In this document: one piece after another, positions 27,850-42,077 of the stretch | Position numbering within the stretch: position 1 is the stretch's first letter | Layout: each line of letters opens with the position of its first letter | Origin: Bispira polyomma | Taxonomy: Eukaryota | Length of the DNA: 64,000 bases | Reading direction: 5' to 3' | Assembly (NCBI GenBank): GCA_965649765.1 | Contig: OZ287749.1 | Location: 5,828,001 to 5,892,000 of the forward strand | Translations under genes and position numbers: made by a program | Notes under the pieces: generated by a model | The model's input: the letters and a program-made list of their open reading frames with translations, nothing else | What the model was told of the DNA's origin: nothing | Database searches by the model: none

Positions 27850-29050
27850 CACGAAATTACATAGCAAAAAAATATTAAGGTTCTTCAAACGAACTCTGGA
27901 CAAATCATTTCAGAACAACCTAAGAGACTCCATTTTGTGGAACAGCATTACCAGAAGCTTTTTAAAAACGAAAACAATGTCACAGAAAATGTTAATCTTA
28001 AAAAAAATATTAAAAGACAATACAATAGGTAAAATTAATGAAAAGAATTTAGGGAACCAAACAGCTTTAGAAGAGTTGAGCCTTGTTTTAAAAAAGACGA
28101 AACATAATATGTCCCCCGGAGTGGATGGCATGACTGCTGATTTTTGAAAGTTTTCTTTGAAAGGATAAACCTTTTTTACTTCATGCTATAAATACATGTT
28201 TCAAAAAATATATTTTGGCTTTAAGTTTTGATATATTGGTGTGAGCTATGTGAAATTCAAACTGCAAATTCAAAATCAGAATTACTGCAATCTTGTATCT
28301 GGTATAATTCATATATCTCAGTAGCACCTTTATATTTTCCCACTTGGGAGATATTGTAAATCCAGATGGTGAAATCATATCATGTTACAGTATAAAAAAA
28401 CATACATATAGTGTAAATATAAATATATTACACTATTCTCAAATAAGATCTTTATTAAACACTTGTTTATCTAAATTTAAGAAAGAATCAGAAAATGTAT
28501 TTATAAGACCAAACTATCTGTTTCATATTATCCCTTTGTTAAAGTGTACTAGAGGATGTAAAGGATTTTACCATATTCTTCAAACTGCCAAAAAGCCAGC
28601 CTTTATCACACTGAGCTAATTAAAGTGGGGAAACCTGTTACCTCAAAATAACACAGATCTTTTTTGAAAGAATATTTGTCAAGCATGTTTTAAGTCTGTG
28701 CTAGATAACTCTGTGTTAAGTATACAATATAAAATATTGTTTAATATTTTACCACAAGAGAATATCTTTTCAAAGTAAAATTAGTAACAATAGTTTTTAT
28801 AGGTTTTGTGAATGCATTAAAGTTTAAGTTTTTGGGATAATATACATCAATGGATGTTAAATAACTTTTGGCCTTTAAATTTTATGTTAGCAAGAAGATA
28901 TATTTACTGGTGTTTTAAAAGAGGTTATGACCAAAATACATATTTATTTTCAGAAGCAAAGTTACAACATATTTGTCACAAATCAATTGAATGGAACGTC
29001 GCCTCGGAAAGACCTTCTAAAAAGTTAAAATTTTTAATATTAAAAATGGC
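27850..29050 (+). mobile_element. Degenerate, internally deleted L1/Tx1-clade LINE ORF2 remnant
   Basis: LKKTKHNMSPGVDGMTADF matches the K-S-P-G-x-D-G-x-T-A-E-F pre-RT motif; downstream fragments LGDIVNPDGEI and FMLARRYIY resemble Tx1-like C-terminal region; multiple stops and frameshifts. Confidence 0.7.
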
Positions 29051-32000
29051 CTTTAGTATATTTTACATTAAAAGTAATTCATATATTGTATGGTATATCT
29101 ATCTTGTGTTTCACTTGATATGCTGACAAAGATATAGACCGAGTTTTCTGTCCTCGACAATGCTTTGAGTTTTGGTAGCCGTATTGGAGTGGCGTGTCAA
29201 TACTTATTTTTCACTCATTTGCATCTCCAATACTTATGTATCTGCATTCGAGTGGCACTCAACGGTCAAGAAATAAGTACTGAACTAATTCATATATATC
29301 GGCTGATAACTTCAGTAACTAACCCACGTGACATTATCTATTCCTTAATTAAGGTTAAATATTTAGGTTAAGATATATAGTAGGGAGTGAAAATAGTTTG
29401 TGAATGTGCGCAGGTGGGCGGCGCCTTAATACACATTGGAAAACAACGCCAGTAGAATAGCCCTATGTACGCATGGTATTTGATTAATCAAATAATTGTA
29501 CGCAATATTGTAACTTATGGGCAAAGTAAAAGTACTAGATTAATTATATGTCATTATTTGGAAAAAACATTTTATCCATTTAGAAAGCAATCTGAACTGT
29601 TTTGGATGCAAAGTCTGCAGCGAAATGAGTGATGCAAGCACTTTAGGTTTTTACAGATTGTTTTTAAATGGATAAAAATGTTACTAACGGCTTCCTTTCA
29701 ACATATTTCCCTCAGATGAGATCAGACTTAGGCCAATGTCTGTTCCCTCATCATAGTTTATCGTTCAGGGAGCGACAAAATCGCGAGGGTCTGTCCGATT
29801 TTCAAACAAAAATGAAGGCAAAAAAATTTATATCAAATATTTATTACATATCGGATGAACGGAAGTGCTACATCGGCTGATGTCAGATCGGCTCGGATGT
29901 TAATAAATTGGTCGACGTCGGAATCTGCTGAAAGTAAACCCAGGTTAAGCTGTCCACCCTTGCAGAGTAAAAATTCCTGGTTACAGAGTATTTAAGGTAG
30001 AAACGAAAACAAAAAATGGATAGGGTCGAAACTAAAATTCATAAAAATAGTAAACAATTATAACTTTATTATTCACAGCTATTCTAGGGTATTGACTTCT
30101 TAATAATTTCAAATGCATTCCCAAAGCTTATTCACCAAGATAAATCTTCAGAAGCTATTTTTTTAAAGGGCCTTTCTGTAATGTTCGGCCATCTTGGATT
30201 TAACAGGAAATCACCTAGTTCTATATTTTTCAAGATATCTAAAAAAACAATAGTTCAGACCTATTTTCATTTATACTGAAATGTCAGGCTAGGATTGGTG
30301 TTTAATTTAATATATGATTTGTAGGGCCAGCTATTCACCGGACTTCAGTATAGCTGAAAAGGCTATAAGATATTATATAACAAAATTAATAGTGGTCTGA
30401 CTCCATGAAATAACACAAAATCAGCCACTATATCATGTTTAAATAATGAGGGTATATATTTATCCCCAATCGGCTATCCATCAGTTTAAAAAGCCATTGG
30501 CGGCAGAATACTTGGTCTAATCAACACGCATCACTAAACCTGTCACCCAAAATCATTAGTAAACAGCTCAAAACTGTGAAGATCGTAACATTGTTTAAAA
30601 CTGTCGCTATACTTTTGTTCGGTTGATTGGCATTTTTATTGTTTTACTGGATTACCAGTATATGATATTTGTGAATATCAATATTATATTTCTTTCAACT
30701 GACAGTGACAAAACTAAACCTTCGCCTTAATAGGCGCATTTAACATAAGCATTTTTAACGCTGTACAACGTCATATGCGAGACTTTTTACACCTTTTCCC
30801 ATCAATCCGCACTCATGAAAAGATAAAACCACGTAGAAATTTGGAATTCCCCTATGACCATAACGTCCACAGACAGGTGATCTCAATATTACGTGGTAAA
30901 CAGGTAAAAACTGTGACATTAGTGTATTGTTTAAAAGAGCTGTCATGAACATCTTTGTGGGGGGTATTTGTATACTTTTGTATAATTAAGTTGTTGCATT
31001 ATGTAGTCAACATATAGTATCACATATTATTAATATTATTTACAACATTTTTACCCCTCATACTAAGGACGTCTTAAAAAGCGAACCCTTCACGTTAAAT
31101 ATGCATTTCTTACGTTTACTAAAAGTTGGAAGTGAAACGGTGCGGTTGGAAGGGTGCGGTAGAGGTGCGGAATTTGCAGATACACTGCATCTGAAAAACT
31201 GGTAGTTTTTTTCTAGTACTGTTTAATTAATAAAAACTTCCCCAACCTCATTTTGAAAATTCAGCTCCCGATTTGGAGGTGCTGTCGGCCAGGTGTATTT
31301 TACTTCTCAATTTTATTATATTTTTTCGGATGACGGAAACAGACATCGGATAGCGGATTCGGACACAAAATTCGCCCCTTAAGTTAATTCTCAGTCTTAA
31401 ATCTAGCACAAAAGTATACTAGATTCAAACCTAAGATTTGTTGAAGTCTATTAGTGAATATAGGCCTAGATCTAAAAGAGGTATTTTAGTGTAAAACAAC
31501 AAAAAATTTGAATTGGTAGGAGAAACAAATGTAATACATGTATTCAGAGAATAGAAGTTTGAGTGTACACAATTTTTTGGCATATAATACACATTTTTAG
31601 GTGCAAGTTACACTTGGTCCATATTTTGAATATGGTCTATAAAAACACACACTTGTGTATTCATATTACAGATGATCTCAAACTTTTGTTGCACTTAATC
31701 TTTTCATTCAAAAAAAAGTACATCGGCAAATTTGTGCAATTGGAAAATGAAAAATTCTATTTAAAACATAGTACTAATTCAAAACCTACCAATACATGTA
31801 TATACAAGATCATTAACAGATAATTATCCCTGTAGATAAATTGTTAAGGTGGTGTTTCTTATGTTTTACATACCTAAATTTATTCAGAGATTAATATGAA
31901 TTGAAAAAACATTTAAATATTTTTACAGGACCATAATTATATAGATTATTATGTGTGTGTCATTTCATTTGTGTGTAATGTTGATGTACAATGTAGTAGT

Positions 32001-32342
32001 GTTCATTTATTACCATATATGGTAATTGGATTATACAATGTACAAAGTTGGCATGACACAGTGGACTGAACACACACACACAGGTGTTAAGTTCACTTGG
32101 TACAGAATAGGTCCATTAATTGATTATGTGATATTGCCCTATGTGACATGATAAAGTTATGTTTTTCACATATTTATTTTGTATTGATATTTATAAAACA
32201 CTAAATGGTGATAACTAAGACAAACACATAGAGCCATTAATTAAAAAAATATGTGGAATATCCACAAATCTACAGTGGTGTAAAGTGAAAAATAGGTCCA
32301 TTAATTGATTGGGACTTCTACTTTAATTCTAAATAGAAAGAG

Positions 32343-32536
32343 TTTGAATATTTAACACTGGAGGAAACACTGCATACAGTCGGCCAAGGTTCTGCAGAGA
32401 AACCAGCGGCCCACAGTAAGGAACTACCACCTTCCCACATAGGCATTGACGGGATTCGAACTCACGCCGCCCAGAGGTGAGAGACCAGTGATTGTGAAAC
32501 GCAATGCTTGCTAACGACTAGGCCACCGCGGCCCCC
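32343..32536 (-). mobile_element. Same SINE family, with 15-bp target-site duplication
   Basis: TCTAAATAGAAAGAG at 32328-32342 and 32537-32551; high identity to the 15525 copy. Confidence 0.93.
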
Positions 32537-32797
32537 TCTAAATAGAAAGAGACGGTAAATGGGCTTTGTTGGGGTGTTAACTACTACGTAATGGTTATTA
32601 CGGAAGCGTAGAGCTGCCAATGTTTTCTTTAAATTTAATTAACTCGTACATTTAAATTATTAAGTTGTATAGACCAGTTACTAACTCATATATTCAAGTT
32701 ACCTACTCAACTTATGTAAGTTGAATATATGAGTTAGTAACAGGTACATACAATTAAGTTAATTACTTGAACATTCAAGTTACTAATTCAAATATTC

Positions 32798-32961
32798 CAG
32801 GGGTGTAGCTACCATTAACGCCAGTACGCCCAAAATATTACCTTGATGCTCCCCCCCCCCCCCTTTCCCCCCAGGAATTGTATTTTCGGTAGGACAAAAA
32901 AGAACATAATATATTGGTTTGATTTGTGAGTATCAGATGAAAAATCCTGGCTAGTCCCCTG
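32798..32961. mobile_element. Small MITE CAGGGG...CCCCTG; inverted relative at about 22598-22930
   Basis: TIR-like ends, TATTC on both flanks, homologous second copy. Confidence 0.55.
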
Positions 32962-33514
32962 TATTCCTGTTAGTAACTCGAATAAAAAAGTTGACTAACT
33001 TGAATACTAAAGTCAATAACTAGGATGTTTAAGTTAATTTAAAAAAAAAACTAAAATTACCAAAAAACACATTAGTTCTAGCTCAGTGTACGGTTATATA
33101 AAAGGTGTGAAAAAGTCTAATATAAAAACGATCTTTTTCGGCAGTAGAGCTTGGGTGCACTCACATGACCACCAACGAAAATATGCCAAAAATATGCTAA
33201 AAATGACTGTGCAAATGGACTTTTAATATTAAAATAAGCGATCAATACATTTCAGCTTTTCTTACCCTGCGTTTACACCTAAATTATCCATCTGCAGTGT
33301 GTTTTTTCGAATGAATTCAACCTAAAACGTCACAGCCCCCCCCCCCCATCCCTGCAATAGTCACGTGGTACTCACAACACATCACTTATGTTTACATCTG
33401 CGTATGCAGTTGATGATAAGTTGGCTAAGGATAAAATATATTTGAGTGCATTATGATTACTTTCATGGGTTTGGAATGATAGTGCACTCTTAATCGACAT
33501 CGTGTCAAAATAAT

Positions 33515-35160
33515 TTCATAAACAATATTTTATTGGAACAAAACAATCAGGCAAAATCAAAAAGATTATTATAAAGCCTTCTCGCAGGAAGATATATATA
33601 CAAAAGAAACAAAATAAAAAAATAACATAGAATCATGAATGAAAAGATGAGAAGGTGTGTGGGCACTGTAGCGATCAAAAACTATGAAACCGGTTTGTTT
33701 CCCTTAAAAATTCTTGAACTGTTCGAAATATTGTCTGGTTTTGTTCAAATGTCAAGTCAAGGCTACCAAATAATAGAGTTTCAGTTGTAACAGCAGGAAT
33801 ATCATATAATTTAGCTAACATTAACTGTCTCGGTATGGCATAGTTTATACAATCTAAAAGGAAATGTGTATTATTTTCATCAGATAGGCCACAGTCACAA
33901 GTGCAATTGCTCAAGACATGTAAATATTTTGTGAGGTGTTCCTTAAGAGGGCTACAGTTCATGCGCATTCTAGCATGAATTGCATTCCAGTACCGTTCAC
34001 CTTCAACAAACAATTTTTTACGGAATTTAACTAGTTTTTCATTACACTTAAATTGTCGTTTGCGTAATATGTATTTGAATGTAGAGAGAGTTGTTGCATA
34101 TTTGAGTGAGTTGTCAAGTTCATTCCAGAGTTTTATCCCAGCTGGAATGAAAGAACTTTGATGCATATTTATTCTACATTTTGGAACCTGAAAATCATGT
34201 CAGTTTCGAAGTTGATATGTGATGGTACTTCCAATTGTAGGAGGAATTAAGTTTTTCAGATAACTCGGAGCTAAATCATGTGCAATTTTATACATCATTA
34301 TCAACACATGCTGTTCACGCCTATTGCATAAATTTTGCCAGCCTAGTTCCTCAAAGAGTGAGCGAATGTTTGATCTAAAAGGAGCACCAGACACAAGCCT
34401 CATAGCATTAACCTGAATACTATCTAGTTTGCGTAAATCAGAGTGGCTAGCCCCAGCCCAAACAACATCACCGTATTCCAAAATGGGTCTAATAAAAGCA
34501 AAGTACATTTTTTCCAGTGTAATTCTGCTAACTTGATATTTTAACTGCTTTAGCATGCTCAATCGCTTTCCAGCTTTAGTACTGATTTCATCTATATGCA
34601 TATGCCAGCCCAAGTTATCCTCAAGCCAAAGCCCTACATGTTTATGTTTAGCCACATTAACAATTGGTGTGTTGTGTAAGTACAACCTTGGATTTTCACT
34701 TTTGTGATGTTTGAGGCCAATAATCATTGATTCGGTTTTTGAAGGATTGAAAGTAACAAGCCAATTCTGAGACCATTTTTCAATATTTCTTAGGTCCTCA
34801 TTTAATTTAATTGCTGAATCTATTCGATTGTCAACTTCAATAAAAAGGCAAGTATCATCTGCAAAAAGTCTTAAGCTACAATTTTTTACAACTTCTGTAA
34901 TATCATTAATAAAAATCAAAAACAAAAGAGGCCCCAGTACTGACCCCTGGGGTACCCCAGCAAAAATTTTGCTCCAGTCTGAAAATTGACCATTGATAAC
35001 AACTCGTTGAACCCTATCTTTTAGGTAATCTTCAAACCACTGGAATAATGTACCACTGATACCCCATTTCTTCAGTTTGAATAACAATCCCCGATGCCAA
35101 ACGCGATCGAAGGCTTTAGAAATATCAAGAAACACAACTCGTATTTCTTTGTTTTGAGAT
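33515..35160 (-). mobile_element. 5'-truncated CR1-group LINE, RT plus C-terminal region
   Basis: FLDISKAFDRVWH, GVPQGSVLGPLLF, LFADDT, RPILEYG; C-terminal CDCG...E...HFLLDC; the two ORFs share one frame separated by a single TGA at 34200; AATAAA near the 3' end. Confidence 0.93.
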
Positions 35161-35202
35161 AATTGTGTTGTGTGTTTTAGATTTAATTGTTGTGTGTTTT
35201 AG

Positions 35203-35292
35203 AGTTAATGTTTGTTCCTACCAAGCAACAAGACGAGACAGATATACAACCAGCTGCGGGTTTTGGGGAAGAAGGAGGTGTACACGATACAG
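35203..35292 (+). CDS. Gene B exon 2: EMI-like Cys module, first half
   Basis: tgtgttttag|; VNVCSYQATRRDRYTTSCGFWGRRRCTRYR; AG|gtatat; phase 2-2. Confidence 0.8.
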
Positions 35293-36303
35293 GTATATAG
35301 GTCAAGCGCGGTCGCGGGGGGGGGGGGGGAGGGGAATCAAAGACTTTGATGCAATGTAAATATAACAGAAGAGATTTCTTTAAAAATAGAAATACTTTAC
35401 TGTTAAAATGGATAGTCTTAAAAAGTGCGTTTTTAAATTTTTGGGGGATTTTTTTTAAGTAACTTCTTTTCCAACACATTTTGATTAAGTGACACTTTTA
35501 TTCAACAAATAAAAAGTTTATTTGTAGAGGTGGCCAAGGCGGTGTAGTGGTAACATAGTGAGTAATTATTATCTAAAAGAGAGTTATCTTAAAAGTTCAT
35601 GCAATTTATATGAAGACATGGTTAATTGTAATGTCAAGGACAACATAATTGGTGATATTAATTGGTGATGAAAGTTGATGTTATTTAAATATAAAGCTGA
35701 AACATCTCTAAATTTAGTAGGATCTTAAAGGGGTCATCTCAAGAGTTCATGAAATCTATAGATAAATTAAGGTTATGTCAAGTTGATAACAGCTATCTGT
35801 GAAACAGGGTTGTTTCAAAAGTTATTCTCATCTATTATGTAAAGGTAGTTGATGTTATCAACATATAAGGGGAACACCTCAAATGTTACAATGGTCTATA
35901 AAGGTAAAGGGGGTCATGTCACAAGTTTTGTCAATTTATAGTTAAACAGGGTTGTCTCAAAAGTTGATGTGATCTACAGGTAGAAATGCTGTTAAAAAGT
36001 TGATCTATAGATAAGTCAGTCATCTGAAAAGACAATGTGATTTATCAATTAATGTATCTGTTCATTTAAACTTTAATTTACATTGTGTCAGGTGATGATA
36101 TTGTTGATGAGGTCATTTAACAATATACTTCCAATTTTTATATTATTTTAAAAGTACTCATTTTAATACTTAGGGATATAATAACATGTAAGTTTATTTT
36201 CTTCTTGAAAATATTTTTGAAATATAAAATGATGTCTGATAGTGAGCTGTTTCAATAGAACTATGATTAAAACTTTTAGGACTGGTTATTACACCAACTA
36301 CAG

Positions 36304-36356
36304 ATGTTGTCAAGATTGGAGCGAAGCCTACTCAGGAGCAACCACATGTACTGTGC
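36304..36356 (+). CDS. Gene B exon 3: EMI-like module end (CC-x-x-W...C)
   Basis: ctacag|; CCQDWSEAYSGATTCTV; |gtaagt; phase 2-1. Confidence 0.85.
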
Positions 36357-38069
36357 GTAAGTAACACTCAAAACTGCTTTGTAGATCTGGGACCATACAA
36401 AATAAGACAAAACGTTGGACCAATCTTAACTTAACTCGTGATGACCTTGTCGGTTGACCAGCACTTGTATTGGTCAGTGCCATTATACAATATTATAATA
36501 TAACTCACTCAGCAGATAAGAATACGATCTATGTACATGTATGTGGTACATTGCTTTTAACATAAAAATATACATCTGTTTTAATTTGTGAGGTAATACT
36601 TACAATGTAGATGCAAAATTGTCATCTGTGACGTCATGGAAGTGTGTCAAAGTTTTCTCCTTCTGTATAGTAGAATTGAACAGGTTAAATTTGATGATTA
36701 CTTTAAAAGATCATTTGACCTTGAACGAGGGGCCCCCAAGGTCAAATCGGACCACATCAAAAGATTTCCAGGCCATAAATTTTCCTATAGGGGCGGTTTC
36801 ACATTCAAAACTGATAAAAAATAAGCGACATATTGGCACTTTTAAATTTGGCCATACCTTTTTGTCTTTGAAGGAGAGGCCCAAGGTAAAATCTGACCCT
36901 AAATCTGATCCTAAACCCATAGGACTCAATATTAAGATATAGGCATTTTTAAGTTTGGCAAAAATCGGCCACTTGGGGTACTTTGGCACTTTGTCAATGA
37001 CTTTGAATGACGAGATTCATGGTCAAATGTCTGCATGCTTATACAAGATATATATATCCGCTAAACATTACCCGTAAAGAGATTTAACCTTCTACTGCTG
37101 AGAAGCAGACACAGTTAAAAGCCTGATTATTTTCAAAGAAACCAGTGACAGCCATCTTGTTTTTCAAAATGAGGCCAAAATTATCCCCAGGCAAGCTTTT
37201 GTAATAAAGAAAATTTCCTGTAAATTTCAGGAGCCTGGGTGTAAAAGTTTTCCCAGGAGAGCGGTAATGGTAAAATCTCTACACACACTGACTCGTTTGC
37301 TGTGACGGCGTAACAAAGCACAAGCTTACCTTTGTATGATCAGTTCACAAGTCAAAAAGATTTAACAATAGTTTCTTGCTCCTTAGCTGATCTGAATGAT
37401 CTGCCTCATGATATTCGCACTGCCTCCTCCTCACTTGCCTTTTTTCGGAAAAAAACTTAAAACCTATTCAGCAAAGCTTTTCCACCTTAGCTTCCTTACC
37501 TTTTTCCGGCGTCTCCATGGTCACGACCCCTGTACATCCAATGGTTATATAAAATTGTCAAAATGATTTTTTTCGTCTCGCATGCCTTAGGATCTGCTAG
37601 CACAGAGATAAGCACCATAAAAGTTATATTAGATTAGAATAGATGCCATAAGTTTCTTTTTTATTGGTTCCAATTGCAAAAACATTAATAAGTGCTAATT
37701 GGACCACAAAGAATACAGACAGAACTTGTTGTTTTTCACCAAAAATATGTTCATAACATGCAATTTCTTCAGTAACTGTACGTCAAAGCTTGGTTATGTC
37801 AGAAGTTGATGTCCGTCTTGATACGGTACGGTACTAAAAGGTCTTTGATTTTTTGCTAAATAGTCTGGATTAATAGTGTTATTGAATTCCATTTTTTTCT
37901 CAAAAATTCGATAATGATTGATTTTTGAGGTATTCTTGTTTACTGTAAATTGTGGGTTAAATAATTGAAAAGAGATGTAGTTTAGTGAATTAGTTTGTAA
38001 TAGAGATATATATTGTTTCATACCTAAATGCTGCACATCATATAAGAAAGGCTTGTTTTTTGATCACAG

Positions 38070-38171
38070 CTTGGTGTATAGGTGGTTGGGACACTTGCCC
38101 CAATGGAGGAACCTGCACAACCGCTAACTACTGTGCTTGTCCAAGAGGTTACTTCTCGCCAAATTGTGTTC
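38070..38171 (+). CDS. Gene B exon 4: EGF-like domain
   Basis: cacag|; WCIGGWDTCPNGGTCTTANYCACPRGYFSPNCV, six-Cys EGF spacing; |gtaagt; phase 1-1. Confidence 0.92.
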
Positions 38172-38735
38172 GTAAGTATGATCATATTTTTGCCAGCTGT
38201 AAGGCTAGATTGAACCTCGTTTATAGGCAATTCTCTGTTCTGGTACAGCGACAGCATTTTTGGCTGTTTCTACTATAAGTTTTAACTTCGTACTTACCAG
38301 GTGTCGTTTATTATTTCAGAGGATAATGCAGTTATTTCGCCCAGACCCAAAAAAATAAGGAGGCCTCTCTTCAAACTTAAATATCTAATGTAGCGTTCAC
38401 ATCTTCACATTCTATATGGCTGTTACTCCCGATCTAAAGAACTTGTGTGAACTGGAGTAAATGTCTAACATCTGGGGATACACTGGGTATAAACTGGTGA
38501 GACCAGAACCAATAATTTTGTGGATTGTCGGCTGCATAAGAACATCTGGAGAGAACTGGAGACAAGGGGTGTGGTTAGGCTTAAACGAGGCATAAACAGA
38601 GTGTAAACGGCTAAGAACTTGTGTTCTTTGGGGGGGTCCTAAGTTCAACACGCCACTGCCTAATTGGTGTAATAGCAAACAGTTAGACAGACAGTTTTAG
38701 CCAGGTGTTTTTGGTTTGTGTTGTCTTATTTTCAG

Positions 38736-38882
38736 AATGTACACAAATAGCCAACTGTGCCATACACGAGTGCACATCCTCTTCTGATCAACGCTGTGTG
38801 ACGTGCAATTATGAATACGACCATATTATACGTGCTTATCAACCAGTGGATTCTGGGGGCTATCCAGAAAGAGTGTGTCAGC
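38736..38882 (+). CDS. Gene B exon 5: Cys-rich module
   Basis: ttttcag|; CTQIANCAIHECTSSSDQRCVTCNYEYDHIIRAYQPVDSGGYPERVCQ; |gtaaga; phase 1-1. Confidence 0.9.
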
Positions 38883-39934
38883 GTAAGAAAACAACATTAG
38901 CCGTATTCTCAAAAGATCTCAAGCTCAAGTCAGACTCCAACTCAAATCTAAAGTACACTGTATCTCAGACCAGAGTGGAGTTACATATACTCTGAGTGCA
39001 TATTTGAATTCCACACTGAAAGCTCTATTAATATGAATGTTTACAAGTGTAGGGTTACATCCATACACAGGAGATACACATAAGCTTTTACTTGAGTTGA
39101 GCTTGCGTTTCTTTGCAGAATATAGGTCCATATCGCCAATGTCTTTACCGAGAGTTCAATTTTCTTTTGTCTATAGTGTAAATAAGTTTTCTTTACTTCT
39201 TCCACGCAGGTGATGTTTTCACCCTCTCCTGTTGATTATGCCTTATCCTGTTCTGTTGGTTATTTTTGCTTATTTTGTCACAGTAATTACATAAAAAGTA
39301 CTGACAAAAATTTGTTGGCAGGATGGCACAGGCACAATTAAATAATTTGTTGACGTTTTTGACGCCTCAGTTGTTGGGAAGCATTCAATGCCATTTGTTA
39401 TTCCTGGAACCTATGTCTCTCTAGGCAAACAGTCGACATCCCCCAAAATACTTTTTTTTAAATAATTTTCCTTCAGTTCCTCGCATCGCAATAGAAAATT
39501 GTTAGTACAGCAGAATCTCCTGTGTGAGGCTGTTATCTGTAATCTATTACCTGAAAAATTTCGTTTGGTTCCTCCGATAATTCTATCTTCGGATCAAAAG
39601 GGTCAAATTTCACAGTACATCTGGGTAAAATGGGGTGGATCCAGTATATATTACAATTATACATAATGGCACCCTTGAGAGAGATATGTTTTTAAGTGAG
39701 TGCCCTTCTCGTTTGAAGCTTTTGTCATTCTTGAGGACAACAATGTTTTACTATACCCAAGCATTTTTAGCCTGTGACAGAGGACTGCCGTTAGAAGAAA
39801 ACATTTAAGCTACTGTATCTGTCCTTACCTGTACTTGGGACCATCTCATGCCCAATTGAGTTACTCATTAAGCCATAGTATTATATGCTATAATAGTAAA
39901 CACACATATTTGGTAACATGAAGAATTTATCAAA

Positions 39935-41420
39935 TAATAATAATAATATATCAGACTTTTTTAGCGCTTATTTTCGTTGTGACAAATTCTAAGGCGCAAA
40001 AAAAAACTACAGCCAGAGTCGAAAAACATAGGTGATAGACAGAAAGAAGTCATCATCAATGCGTCCACCGAGAATGGAAAAGAGACTATGGAGGGAATGC
40101 ATCATTGAACAGATAGGTCTTTAAACTGCACCGGAAGGAATACTATTCCATAGGGTAGGGGCATCATTTGCAAAACTTTTATCAAAGTGAACCTTTGACC
40201 TGTGTACTTTGGACTTATATTTTGGAACAAGAAGGAATCTATTTTTGGGAGCGGCTTTCCTGGTATTGACATTGCACTTGTAGTAACTCAAGTGTGGTTC
40301 AAAGCCTTTAGGCAAACCTGAATCGAGAAACTTATAAACTATTGTAGCAGTTTTAAAAACACACCGATACCTAACAGAGAGCCAGTGGAGTGACTTCAGA
40401 ATCGGCGAAACATTTGAAAGCTTAGCAGAACAACTGACCAGATGTGACAATGAGTTCTGGATACATTGCAATTTTTTTAGGTCCTTTTTGGTCAAGCTGC
40501 GATACAGTGAATTGCAGTAGTCCAATCTGCTACCAACCAGAGCATTTGCGGCAGTTATTGCAAACGACTTTGGAAGATACCTCATGATTCTCCTAAGGTC
40601 TCTGAGACCCATGAAGCATGACTTACACACTGATTGGATATGACTGGAAAATGAAAAGTCACTGTCAAACAAAACTCCCAGGTTCCGCACTTTATCAGTT
40701 GGGGATAACAGTGTCCCAAGAATGTTAACAAGAAAAGAATTTGACAGTTCAGCACGTTGAGTGCCCGACCCAAACAATATGAATTCGGTTTTAGCAAGAT
40801 TCAGCTTGAGCTTATTTAGCACCATCCAATTTTGAACATCTGCTAAGCATTTCTGAAGGACTTCAAGGGCACCGATTGATGTGTTAGGAGTAAGATGCAC
40901 GTAAATCTGTGTATCATCTGCATAGAAGTGATACTTCAGAGAAGAATAGGAGGAAATAATTTTGCTAAGGGGTGTAGTATATAATGAAAATAGGAGTGGT
41001 CCAAGCACAGACCCTTGTGGCACACCAAATTTCAGCACTTGTAAGTCAGACAGAATATCGCCAATTTTAATAAACTGGTACCTGTCTGACAAGTAGGAAA
41101 CAAACCATTGCAAGACAGAGTCTTTCAGACCAAACCAGGTTTTTAGTCTTTCAATGAGGACATTGTGATCAACAGTGTCAAAAGCTGCTGATAAATCTAA
41201 CAGTACTAATGCAGTGGGAACGCCCTTTGATAAAGACATATGAATATCGTTTTTAATATAAAGCAGAGCTGTTTCAGTTGAATGGTATTTTTTATATGCT
41301 GATTGGTAGATTTTCTCTAGGCTGAATTTTTCAAGATGACTATTGAATTGTTGGGCGACAACCCGTTCTATCAATTTTGAGATGTAGCATAGTCCAGATA
41401 CAGGACGATAATTTTGTAAG
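39935..41420 (-). mobile_element. 5'-truncated L2-clade LINE, RT domain open for about 430 codons
   Basis: NYRPVS, HSTETAL, DLSAAFDTVDH, GVPQGSVLGP, YADDTQIY, SRLDYCNSL, LHWL; L2-type 3' motif and (TTA)n tail. Confidence 0.95.
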
Positions 41421-41566
41421 TCGTGTAAATGTACATTAATGTATGCCATACACACATATCACTTCCACTTTTCATGTATGGCCCCACAAGAGACATCCAT
41501 ATAACCTTCTCAATAATCCTCAACAGCATTAACCATGGTAACATTTAATGTTCAGTAGTCTACTAG

Positions 41567-42077
41567 ATCAATGTCCAGACATCCTCTGTGATGCACATTC
41601 TAATCAATGTCCAGACATCCTCTGTGATGCACATTAATCAATGTCCAGACATCCTCTGTGATGCACATTCTAATCAATGTCCAGATATCCTCTGTGATAC
41701 ACATTCTAATCAATGTCCAGACATCCTCTGTGATGCACATTCTAATCAATGTTCAGACATCCTCTGTGACGCACATTCTAATCAATGTCCAGACATCCTC
41801 TGTGATGCACATTCTAATCAATGTCCAGATATCCTCTGTGACGCACATTCTAATCAATGTCCAGACATCCTCTGTGATGCACATTCTAATCAATGTCCAG
41901 ATATCCTCTGTGATACACATTCTAATCAATGTCCAGACATCCTCTGTGATGCACATTCTAATCAATGTCCAGACATCCTCTGTGATACACATTCTAATCA
42001 ATGTCCAGACATCCTCTGTGATGCACATTCTATTCAATGTCCAGACATTCTCTGTGATGCACATTCTATTCAATGTC
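41567..42077. repeat. 36-bp minisatellite, about 14 units
   Basis: AATCAATGTCCAGACATCCTCTGTGATGCACATTCT. Confidence 0.97.

Noticed and set aside
36619-37320. Overlapping ORFs of 92-107 aa
   Set aside because: They lie in a TGACC/GGTCA-rich interspersed repeat with no protein motifs or fitting splice phases
40121-41455. Retron, DGR or other novel reverse-transcriptase system
   Set aside because: Motifs and 3' tail are those of an ordinary 5'-truncated L2 LINE; no template/variable repeat pair is linked to it
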